Shown in pieces: positions 53,845 to 64,000 of a stretch of 64,000 bases of DNA. The notes under the pieces were generated by a model, which made no database searches, had not been told where the DNA came from, and saw only the letters and a program-made list of their open reading frames with translations. A program made the translations under genes and the position numbers. Origin of the DNA: Eledone cirrhosa (taxonomy: Eukaryota). The stretch is taken from assembly GCA_964016885.1 (NCBI GenBank), contig OZ024743.1:240560001-240624000 (forward strand), written 5' to 3'. How positions within the stretch are numbered: position 1 is the first letter of the stretch; each line of letters begins with the position of its first letter.

Positions 53845-54482
53845 GCACATACACACACCACTTCGATTTTCGATCCATATGTGCATTTCGATAGAATCGA
53901 CAGAAATATAGTAAATAACAGTAGCAAATGCCAAAACAATTATGAATTAAATTTGAAAAGAAAAAAAAAAGAAACAAAAAAAAGAAATTACTTTTATGTC
54001 TGCAATGAAACTCAATACGAAAGTAAGATAACACCTACCGGTTTAATTCAAACTAAACGGAATATTTAGTTTTACTGACTGCATTAAGAAAATAACCAAC
54101 AGGCTCCCTGTACGTATATGTGCATATGCAAATATATGTGTATATATATATATGTGTGTAAATATAAATATATAGGTGTATGTGTTTGTAAAGTAACCTC
54201 TAAATATGTACAGCCCAACGAAGGTGCGTTTTCAAAATACTACGCTTCGTCATATGGTTTTAACGCGCGCACTCAGACATCTCATATAGCGTAGACAGCA
54301 TACACCGATAATGAACACACACACAAATAGAAGCATCTCATATTATAAATTATTATATTGTATAAATGTCATATAATATATAAATTTCCAGTTTCTGTTA
54401 GAAATAATAAAAAGGAAAAAAATGGGGATTCCTACAATAATGCTCTTTCCCCCTACATATATATGTTTGTGTACGAGCATGC

Positions 54483-54538
<56 letters not shown>

Positions 54539-55149
54539 GGGGTGGGTGAGAGAGAGATGCATGTGCATCGATTTATTGCGCTACCCGGTTTCGTTTTCCG
54601 TCTGCAGCAATTTCCTTTCATTTACGTCTTATTTTAGAAAATCATTTAACATGTTTAACTCCAGGTGATCCCTGATCGTAGATAGTCGTATGATCAGAGG
54701 CATTCCTTCCTTCCATGACAACCCACTATTTTTATATATGTATATTCTATCATACGTTAGTTTTATATTTATACTGATAATTCAGTCATACGTACAGGCC
54801 TGGTTGAGAGCTGGACACAGCACTAAATACTTTGCAGTATTCGATTTTATCCCTGTTTTCTGTTGAACATTTGATCAAGGGAAATTTAACTTTTCCTTTA
54901 TCACGGATAAGAATTTTTGTTGTTTTAGTTTAGTCCCCAAGTCACCCAATATCGAGCTTAACGTATGTTTAACCTGTCCTTTTCTTTCAGATATAGGACT
55001 ATGTCGTATAATGCATCCTTCTCTCTGTGTTCTGAAAAATAAAAATAAAAAGACTTGCCTGCTATTTCTAGTAGGACGAGCGATAACATAAACTCTCTCG
55101 TTGCCTAATTAAAGACACTTTGATATCATATGTACGGTTACATCAAACA

Positions 55150-55960
55150 CAGGACTCATGAATCTCACATGCACGGAGGACGAGGCATACCATGGGTACT
55201 GGTGCACAGTCAAGCACTATAGTTGCGGCACTTGCAGATACCTTAATAGTGAACTTATAGGGTCTCCGTTTGAAGACTCGTTTTCCCCACAGTTTGTCTC
55301 ATTTGATCGAGCTGCAATCCTGGATCAAACGATGACAAGAGATTGTGTTTAGCATCTGCAATGTCGTCAGGTATTCACCACCCTCCACCAGTTGGGCAAT
55401 GCATTCGATGGAAATTCCACACTATCAGTTTATAGAGAACTAGTGGCGGGGGAAAACGACGATGAACAATTTCCTGAAGTCTCAGGCCTGCCATGCTAAC
55501 GGAGAGCGCTACCAGTTCGGATAAGCTCTACATGTCCGGTAGTGCCGTGAAACGAGCTTGTTCGAGATGCGCGCAGGGCGGCGAAACCGTTCCGTATGCA
55601 CCCGTTCAGTGTCCGGGTATCACTGACTTGTAGAGTTATATCAAAGGACTGTTGTTGCGTTGAGGAAGTTCCAGTTATCGACAGAGTTGATTAGGAAAAT
55701 CGCTCCGCTGCCCTCCTTTAATCGGGAAGTCCGGAAAGTTTTTGTCATAGTGGTTGTGAGGTGAATAAGATTGAGAGAAGTGAGATTTGACAATTTCCTC
55801 TTCGGTCAAGCTTTCATCGATTTTTTTCAAGTTAGACTTGAAAAGAAAGGTGTGAGTGGAATGAGAAGAGAAGGAAAATCAGAACAGGGCACTCACCCGT
55901 GGTAATCAAATTGACTTTTTAGATGTTCCCCTGTATCAGGAGGACCGTTTATAATCGTCA
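55150..55960 (+). mobile_element. Tx1/L1-type LINE C-terminal relic
   Basis: ALPVR/DKLY..ACSRCAQGGETVPYAPVQCP, a degenerate CCHC (C..C..ET..H...C) domain. Confidence 0.65.
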
Positions 55961-55992
55961 TATATATATAATTGTATGTGTGTGTGTGTAAT

Positions 55993-56023
<31 letters not shown>

Positions 56024-56205
56024 AATTAACTTTGTTGAATAATCAACAACCCACATAACTCATTGTTTATATATATATATATATACAATCTACTGTAAAA
56101 CTCATTCTTTGATGTACTCATTGAATCTTGTTTAACTCTTTAATATATATATATATATATAGATATATATAGATATAGATATATATAAACAACCAACACA
56201 TACTC

Positions 56206-56241
<36 letters not shown>

Positions 56242-56250
56242 ATTATCATT

Positions 56251-56660
56251 CCGAGGTTAACTTTGCCTTTCATCCTTACGGGGTCGATAAAATAAAGTAC
56301 CAGTAATGTCCTGTTTATTTGCTGGCCTTGTGTCAAATGTAGAAACAATTATTATTATTATTAACTTTTCAGCCTTACGGGATCGATAAAATAATTGTTT
56401 CTACTTTAGGCACAAGGCCAGCAAATACCCAGTGCATTACTGGTACTTTATTTTATCGACCCTGTAAGGATGAAAGGCAAAGTCAACCTCGGCGGATTTG
56501 AACTCAGATGGTAAAGGGACGTAACTATGCTGGAAAGCATGGCGTCCAACCCTCTACCGATACTGCCAATCCACCGCCCTTCGATAAAATAATGGACCAG
56601 TAATGCACTGGGTAATTGCTGGCCTTGTGCCAAAAGTAGAAACAATTATTATTATTATCA
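56251..56660. mobile_element. Cluster of family-A SINEs in alternating orientation
   Basis: 56251-56362 plus partial, 56390-56582 minus full, 56582-56660 plus partial. Confidence 0.85.
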
Positions 56661-57350
56661 TTATTATTATTTATTTATTTTATTTTCCTCAATATAATTT
56701 ATCTTTGTAATGTTCCTTCATTCGGTGCCCTTGTGGCTGATAAAAGAAATCATTATCATTACTTAGGGATGCTCGAGAAGACCTTATATAATCAAAAACT
56801 TTAGGGATTTCCATAACTCCATTATACAATGTCTAATTTCCTTTTTATCAGGCTAAGATTGTGGAGGGAAATTCGGCTACTATTTCTTAAAGGTAAACGA
56901 CTGGGTGGCTGAGTCGTTTTTCCTTTTGTTTGCTTGATTTTGTTTAAGCGCAAAACGTAGCAGCTGAGATAGGCATTATTATTTATAGCGTTGTAATCTA
57001 TTATCTATTTCATAGAGATCACTACCCAATAGCGTCGTTAGTTACGTTGGAGACGTGAACAACATAGTACTAGTTATACAACACGAGAGGGATGTTTACC
57101 ACACAAGTTACTTTTGTGATGTACACCGGTTTGTCAATTATTACCCAGTGTTTACATCTTCCGTAGATATAAATAGGCGAAAGATAAATACGTATAACTT
57201 TACTATGCAACCAGTACTAGCAGTGAAACCCATGCTTGTATCATCAACTTATTATTATTTTCTCCCAACTAGCAGATTAACAATGAGAGTAAAGACGAAC
57301 AATCTTCCCCATTTTTTATTGTTTTGTTTAATATGCGCTCTAATACAAGT

Positions 57351-57520
57351 TACCGTATTTGCCTGTGCCGAAGACGCTTCGTCCTCGAGGACGCACCCTA
57401 ATTTTGACAACCAAAAATTTGAAAAAATAATAGACAACCTACGGCCTCCAGGACGCATGGTAGATTTTTTAGACTTATTTTAGGGAAAAAGTAGCGTCTT
57501 CGACGCCGGGAAGTAAGGTA
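57351..57520. mobile_element. pogo/Tigger-like MITE
   Basis: TA-CCGTATTT..CGAAGACGC ... GCGTCTTCG..AAGTAAGG-TA terminal inverted repeats. Confidence 0.65.
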
Positions 57521-57540
57521 TATCTCTCTCTCTCACTCAC

Positions 57541-57720
57541 ATAATGACTCATGCAAGTTGTGAAATTGACCGCTTTACGTGCGTGGTTGGTCGAAATATC
57601 TGAAATTCGAATTCTAACCAGCGCGCCAACTCTATATCGCTGTCTAATCGCCTGTTGGCATTTAATGTCCTGAAAGGTTTTAGGCACTATCATTGTTACT
57701 GTCGCACCATTTCTCGCCAT
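57541..57720 (-). CDS. Candidate first coding exon (60 aa, unidentified)
   Basis: cccATGG start, open frame MARNGATVTMIVPK..MSHY, ending at a GTGAGT donor (57540); CpG-rich, non-repetitive. Confidence 0.35.
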
Positions 57721-57859
57721 GGGACTTGGAGACTAGAGCCGAATGCTAGCATTCTATTGTATAGTGATTGAAGACTGATTTTCTCTAATAAGCGATTTTT
57801 TCACTCGCTTGTTAATTTGTGTTTGAGACACTGGTTAAGTGTTTATGGCAGGAGCGGAA

Positions 57860-58045
57860 CTATTTCAATTTCGTATCCTACCGTCACGTAAACTTCTGAA
57901 AAATTAGCCAATCGGTTGACGGCATTGTGATGACGCGTAGGGATTTCATTTGCTAATGTTTTACTGTGTTAGCCGGCACATTCACTGTCATAGCCGACAC
58001 GGACTGGAATCGAATTCTATCGATCGATTGGTTATTGATTAGGCG
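57860..58045. promoter_or_regulatory. Candidate promoter (CCAAT boxes, CRE-like sites)
   Basis: CGTCACGT at 57882, AGCCAATC at 57907, GATGACGCGT at 57929, GATTGGTT at 58026; local CpG excess. Confidence 0.4.
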
Positions 58046-58047
58046 AA

Positions 58048-58310
58048 ACCCGCTGATGAAGCCACATGCGCCGATTGCACATTGTTGCATCATAAATGCA
58101 GACAGTGGATGTTGTGCACTCTATTGCTGCATTAAGTGTGGCCGATACTCGAGTACGAGTCTAGATTGAAGGTACTCATTTACGTGTGTTGTATTGAAGC
58201 AAATATCTATATGTCTACTCTGAGAGTTTACATAACATTACCTATTGGGTACCCTGAGATGCAACCGGTACTAGCAGTGAAGCCCATGCTAGTCCCTTCA
58301 ACTTATTATA
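58048..58310 (+). mobile_element. PLE pLTR end with hammerhead (core GAAA mutated to GATA) and tail hairpin
   Basis: ACCCG-CTGATGA-AGCCACAT..GTGTGGCC-GAT-ACTCGAGT-A-CGAGT; the homolog at 12451-12675 keeps GAAAC. Confidence 0.7.
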
Positions 58311-58689
58311 TATGCATATAATGTGTGCTATCAACTAATCTAACCTCCGAACATGCTGCAATAAACTTTCTTACTTGTTAAATGGAAGGAAGGAGGAGTT
58401 TCCTTTAGCCCTAACCTTGATTGAGGAGAGTGTAAAGACTGAGCATCTCCCTTCCTCCCCCAGGGAAAAAAGTCCTTTGCCGCATGTTCGGAGATAAGAT
58501 TAGTTGGTAACACTCGAAATAAAACAAGCGAAAAAGAAATGTTAAAGAAAAATCCGGGGAAGGGGGGGAGGGTCATACTCCCAGCCCCTCTCCGCCCTCC
58601 ATTTCTGGGAAAAATCCTTTGGACCTTATTACGAAGTACATTTAATTAATAGCATATATAAAAAAAAAAAAAATTATTATTATTTCCCA

Positions 58690-59460
58690 CTGAAATGGGT
58701 GGGGGTTTTTATTCTATTATTATATCTTCCTCCTGTGACGCGAAACTCCGGCAGTTGTAGAATGCACATCTACATGAGATATCTCTCTCCACAAAGGTCG
58801 ATCACCAGCAGCATAGTTCAAAGAGCAAAGATCTCAAGTCCAGTCCATAAGTTGACATTATCAAGCCATCGTTTTGGCCGCTGGCCTCTGCTTCTCTTAC
58901 CAGCCAACCTTCCTTCCAGGCATAACCTACTCACACCACAAGTTGATCTTTTTATATGACCGTATAGTTTGAGTACTCTTAACTTAACAATTGATGTAAT
59001 TGGTCTAAATTTGGTAATGTTGAGCAGCTCAGTGATGCACATACAATCACTGAGCTGCTTGTCAGTCATAAGTCTCATGATGTGGTTCTGGAATGTAGAG
59101 AGCATCTGAAGTAACCTTGTCGTCCAATTAACACAGTCAAGACCATATAACACAACTAGTAGGATGTTAGTATCAAAGATCTTATCCTTCAAATGATAGG
59201 AAACTCGTTTTGATGTTAGTACTTCCTTGTTCTTGTTGAAAGCTGCCCAACCTACAGCAGTGTGATAGTGTGCAGCAACCATTCCGTTGTTGTTTGATGA
59301 TAGTTTGTGACTGAGATATACAAACTCTGTAACTTGAGCAATTTGCTGGTTGTAGATTGTGAGTTGGAGATTGTCATTGTTTTTATCAGTTGTCATACTC
59401 TTTGTTTTGGAGATGTTGATGTGTAAACCAGCCTGCAGCAAATGTTTGGCCAGTACATTC
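58690..59460 (-). mobile_element. RTE-clade LINE 3' relic, different family (no PHD finger)
   Basis: GLHINISKTKSM..VTEFVYL..GWAAF..VVLYG..LKLYGHIKR..GKRSRG..KRWLD. Confidence 0.85.
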
Positions 59461-59599
59461 AGATAATCTTTATTAAGGTTACGTCAGGAGTCTCATTACT
59501 CTGGAGTTTCACCTGTATGCTCACAAGATCATCAGATGAGACATCACATGGATATATGTGTGTGTGTGTGTGGTAATTAACAGTAGCACTAACATAGCG

Positions 59600-59910
59600 T
59601 TTTTCATAATAGAGGTGCATGTGAAGGCATATACAGTATATATAATAAACATACAAGAATCATGCTATGAGTATTTTAAGCTGTGAACAGTAGCAACATG
59701 AGAATGTCAGACTTGTGTTTCTGGATTTTATCCATCAAACATTTATTCATTCGGTACTGAGACAAGAATATGTTATAGCTTATATGCATGTCTGACATTC
59801 TCCCACAGATTTCTGTAATAGCTGTGCCATGATCACAGTTTAAAATATCCATAGTGAGATTCTTGTGTGTTTATTATACAGAACTATGCAGTGCATGCCT
59901 TGATATACAA
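59600..59910. repeat. Old inverted repeat
   Basis: TATAATAAACATACAAGAATC..TATTTTAAGCTGTGA..GAGAATGTCAGAC mirrored at 59790-59879. Confidence 0.6.
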
Positions 59911-60049
59911 CTCTATTATATATATTAATATATATTCATATACACACACATATATAAATGAATCTGCAAAATGTGCATTATTTAGAAAGTTATAAGAATA
60001 GAAAGTCAGATGAAGTCAGTCAGAAGCACTTCATAGGTACTTCAGATGA

Positions 60050-61300
60050 TTGTCTATACAATTATCTATAGCAATTGAATCCCATGGACCTTACTTTATA
60101 TATGAAATTCCCATGACTGTGGCAGATGGCTTTAAGTGTAAAGTGAGTAACCATCTTCGTAAATAGATGGGCTTGCCATGCAGTTTCATTAGAATGTAAG
60201 GGAGGAACAACAAGCTCAAACTTCCATTCAGCTTTTTGAGAAAAGAGTTCATGATGTCATTGGTACAAGATCATCTGCAGTAAACTGAATTGAAGGATTC
60301 TAAAGTGGCTGGTGCAGGAATTACAGTGAGGATAGGAAGAAAGTGGAGTAGATAAAGCATAGCTAAAGCAAAAGTCTCTTTTTCATAGAGTGGCACTGGG
60401 CAGAGCTGGATTCAGTAGCTCAACATCAACCAGACTGGACACTGCAAACAGGAAAAAGGGACAGAAGCTGGTGCAAGGAGAGGTACAGGCTTTGGTGGGG
60501 GAGGAGCAAGCAACCATATCAGTGGCATTGCAAAAGCAGTGGAGTAGAATATCAGCTGGCAGAACAACTGAAAGTAGTAATCCCAAAAGGATCAAATTCT
60601 TGATTTAGTGGGATATATGATGCCCTACCCAACACTTCCAACCTATTTTTATGGGGCAAAATGCAAACACCAACATTCTTCCTTTGTTCCAACACAAGAA
60701 CCCTTGAACTTATCCTAAGCAACTACTCCAATGCAATAGGCAAGGAACGCCATTGCTAGATGATCAGGTCCTCAAAACCATCACTGAAGTAATCAACAAA
60801 AGGATCAGAGATAGCACACAAATGCAATAACTAAGAAGATCATGTATGTCAGGGAGGGTGAAGGAATAAAGAAACCCAAGAGCTAGTCAATCAGTTTCCT
60901 TAACACAGCACAAGACTGCGTGATGAGAATTGATCTAGAAAGGCAATTATAAATTCCATCACATCACATTCAGTCCATGTCAAGACCTGACATCATCTTT
61001 GTTTCAGGAGTGTCACAAGAACTAGTAAAGGACCTGCATGCCAGTAGAGATTGAGAGCCAAATGTTTGCCACAAACCTTACGGAACTCAAGACATTACAA
61101 GATCAAGCATGAGTAGAACCATCAGGAACAAAATGGAAGCAGCAGAGATGGCATCTAGATGGCTATGGTTGAAGTGAAATGACTTGTGGCGTCAGAGTCA
61201 CTTGGACACAAATTGGGACTAAATCAATCTTTATTGCGTCACCTGGATGAGGGTGTGTTGTAAAACTCAAGAAAACTAGTGGTGACTCCTGGAAAAACAG
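60050..61300 (+). mobile_element. Hero/R2-group (restriction-like endonuclease) LINE 3' relic
   Basis: RIKFLI..YDALPNTSNL..WGK..LELILS..DQVLKTI..MRIDLERQL..RPDIIFVS..AEMASRWLWLK. Confidence 0.75.
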
Positions 61301-61309
61301 GGATGAAAA

Positions 61310-62258
61310 CTTCTCTGTATGAATGACCTGATCCTTATAGCTGAATCCATCAAAGAACTATAGAAACAGAATTTGGAATCAAAATGGCTGAGAGTAACCT
61401 TAACCAAAACTAAGTTGCTAGTCAGTAGATAAGAAGATAACACCTTGATTCCTTCAGGGAAGTGGTCTTGCTCAATATGTGTAAAAAAGTAGTAGGCAAA
61501 AACTCTATACGATGTACACAATGTAAATCTTCTGTGTACAAGAGATGCAGTGGGTAACAGGTAAACTAACAGGAAGGGAAGACTTTGTTTGTAAAAGATG
61601 CACAGCAGTAATCAAGGAGAAGAGTGTCAAAGATATAAACCTTTCCCAACCACATGAAGGATCCAAAGAAGTGGTTGATAGCTTCTGCTATCTAGGTGAC
61701 CTAATCAGCAGAGGAGGAGAGTAGTCGAAGAGTATAATAACTAGGATGGAAGAAGTTTAGCGAGTTACTCCCACTGTTGTTAACAAAAGATTTCTCCCTG
61801 TGTACAAAAGGACGGCTGTATGACACCTGTGTGTGGTGTATGATGCTGCATGGTGGTGAAACATGGGCAGTGTGTGCAGAGGATATGCATAGGCTGGAGA
61901 GAAATGAAGATACTATGCTTTGTTGGATGTGCAATATAAATATGAGAGAAAGGTAGGGTCTGGATGATCTGAGGGAGAAACTAGGTTTAAGAGGAATCTC
62001 TGTTGGTACGAACATTTAATGTGCATAGATGATGATTGTTGGGTGAAGGAGTGCCAGGAAATCTGTGTGTTAGGGAACTGAGTAGAAGTAAACCAAAGAA
62101 GACCTGGGTAGAGGTTGTAAGAGCTGATCTCAAATCGCTAAGATTCACAGAGATGACGAAGGAGCACGATGTGTGGAGAGATGCTGTGCTGAAAAAGACA
62201 CGTCCAGCCCATACAAGCATGGAAAACTGGATGTAAAAACAATGATGTTGATAATGAT
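61310..62258 (+). mobile_element. Old RTE (PHD type) fragment
   Basis: GKWSCSIC..RCTQCK..KRCSG..FVCKRC; MLHGGETWAVC; KPKKTWVEVV. Confidence 0.85.
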
Positions 62259-62308
62259 ATATATATATATATTCACACATATATTAAGAAAAACGAATTT
62301 TTTGTTAA

Positions 62309-62407
62309 ATCACCAGTCTGAAGAGCAGATCGATAATGGAGTCAGGTCCATAACTTTTATGGGTGACCTTGAGCCAAACCTCTGCGAAATGCATGTAACA
62401 GGTTGAT
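62309..62407 (+). ncRNA. Type I hammerhead with long stem II in a PLE end (to 62533)
   Basis: CCAGT-CTGAAGA-GCAGA..TCTGC-GAAATGCATGTA-ACAGG, AATAAA at 62412, bulged hairpin at 62466-62487. Confidence 0.75.
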
Positions 62408-62687
62408 AGTCAATAAAAAAACTAACTACATGTAAAGAAAACTTCACCATTTTTCTTAATATATACACTCTGCTTGTGCATTGAGTGCTCATTTTTGTAC
62501 AACCACCAGTAATTCACTGAATCACATACACTGTATATATATATTTATTTTTTACCCAGCTAAGTACCCCACTCTAGACCTACTTTTTCAATCCCCACCC
62601 TAATGCACTGCTCTTAACCAATCTATGTATACAAGAATGTAAAGCTGAACACGCTCCCACAATACTCCTGAAATGGCTAAAAGCTCT

Positions 62688-63385
62688 CAGTTCACCCTGT
62701 AAGGTGGTCAAATTGGTGACACAAGAATCCCCCTTGCCCACCATGTAAGGTGATCATGTTGGTGTCATGACAATAGTTCACCGAGTCCTCTCTGTTAGGT
62801 AACATGACAAAAGATCACCTAATCCTTCCTGTAAGGTGGGCGTGCTGGTGACATGAAAAATAAGCACCTAGTTCACCCTGTGAAGTAGTTGTGTTAGCGA
62901 CATGACAGGAGGGACCCAATCCACACTAAAATATGGGTGGCACGACAGAAGGTGCCCAGTCCAACCTGTGGTGTGGCCTGGTTGGGGACACAACAAAGAG
63001 CAGCCAGTCTGCTCTGTAAGTTGGTTGTGATGGTGACACGACATGACAATAAACGTCCAGTCCACCCTATAAAGTGGTAGTGATGATGATATGATAAAAG
63101 TACCCAGTCCAACCTATAAAGTGGTCATTTTGGTGCCACGATAAAAAATGCTCAATCAACACTGTAAAGAGTTTGTCCATATTGTAAAGAGGTTGTTTTA
63201 GTGCCACAATAAAAAGCACCCAGTCTACATTGTAAATGTAGTTGGCATTAGGAAAGGTATCCAGTCGTAGAAACCAAGCCCAAAACAGTTCTGAATGAGC
63301 AAGACATGGTCACCTGATCTGACATGTCTCACAACAAGACAACTTGGCTAACCCATGGAAAATGAATGTTAAACATTGATGATGA
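62688..63385 (+). mobile_element. RTE 3' UTR with ~12 tandem ~47-bp units
   Basis: Repeated CAGTCCACCCTGTAAAGTGG..GGTGNCACGACAAAAAGCACC, then the standard RTE tail. Confidence 0.8.
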
Positions 63386-63387
63386 GG

Positions 63388-63442
<55 letters not shown>

Positions 63443-63446
<4 letters not shown>

Positions 63447-64000
63447 GAGGTGGTTCTGAAAACTAACTGGACTCAATGTGCTGTATGAGTTATGAGAGGG
63501 GTAGGGAGCAGCAGGTTGCATCACTGTGTGACGTAATATCCAGGGAGTATATAACTGTGATCTCAGTTCTCTGCTGCCATTGTATGTTTTTTGGCATGCT
63601 TTTTTAAACACCTACTCAATTTTAGGCTTTTGAGCAATGAGCACAGAACAACAAACCAGCCTGAAGTTTCTGGTCTGGCTGGGGTAAACTCCATCAGAAG
63701 CACTTGGAATACTGCAGCAAGTGTATGGAGATGAAACGATGTCGCACTCACAGATTTTTGAGTGGCACAAAAGTTTAAAGGGATGCAAGGATATGTAATA
63801 TGACCTCAGGAGAGAGGCCTTCAATAAGCAGGATTGAGGCCAATGTTAAACGTGTGAGGTAGGTGGTGCATGGTGATTGTCAGCTGACTGTTTAACTGAT
63901 TGCAAGTGAGCTAGGCATGAACAACGACAGCATTTGAAAGATTATCACCAAAGTTTGGGCATGCAGAAGATCGCAGGCTCATAATGCCCTGAGCATCCAG
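63443..64000 (+). mobile_element. mariner transposon 5' part (pseudogenised transposase)
   Basis: TA-CGAGG terminus; MSTEQQTSLKFLV.LG*TPSEAL..LQQVYGDETMSHSQIFEWHK..LIASELGM. Confidence 0.88.

Noticed and set aside
53850-53939. Signal-peptide-like FWHLLLLFTIFLSILSKC on the minus strand
   Set aside because: No ATG or acceptor AG; arises from A-rich low-complexity DNA
57590-57640. YRVGALVRIRI resembles the SMC5 N-terminus
   Set aside because: The following NF.TY and Walker A context is absent; symbol not assigned
62688-63250. CRISPR-like periodic repeats
   Set aside because: Degenerate tandem units without unique spacers, inside an RTE 3' UTR in a eukaryote

Overview
AT-rich, repeat-saturated animal genomic DNA. 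The SINE, RTE and microsatellite repertoire strongly suggests an octopod cephalopod (inference). No complete host gene can be supported; there is one candidate first exon with a promoter near 57.5-58.0 kb (minus strand). Almost all ORFs in the supplied track are translations of (TA)n/(CA)n microsatellites or antisense frames of transposons. The real content is: a young RTE LINE family with a PHD finger inside ORF2 (many copies); CR1-like, Tx1/L1-like and Hero-like LINE relics; three tRNA-SINE families; mariner and pogo relics; two tandem Helitron-like elements; a solo LTR; two multi-kb TA-type arrays; and a dense, diverse set of Penelope-like element (PLE) remnants inserted in (TA)n. Main result: many sequence-unrelated PLE ends share one RNA module. 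It reads type I hammerhead ribozyme, then AATAAA, then a covarying bulged hairpin (RCTC-stem-2 nt bulge-GAGY), then 42-72 nt, then (TA)n. In most fold-back copies the inverted arm stops a few nt before that hairpin. Four unrelated hammerheads also carry a non-canonical U.U pair at 10.1/11.1. All structures were read by eye; none was computed or searched.
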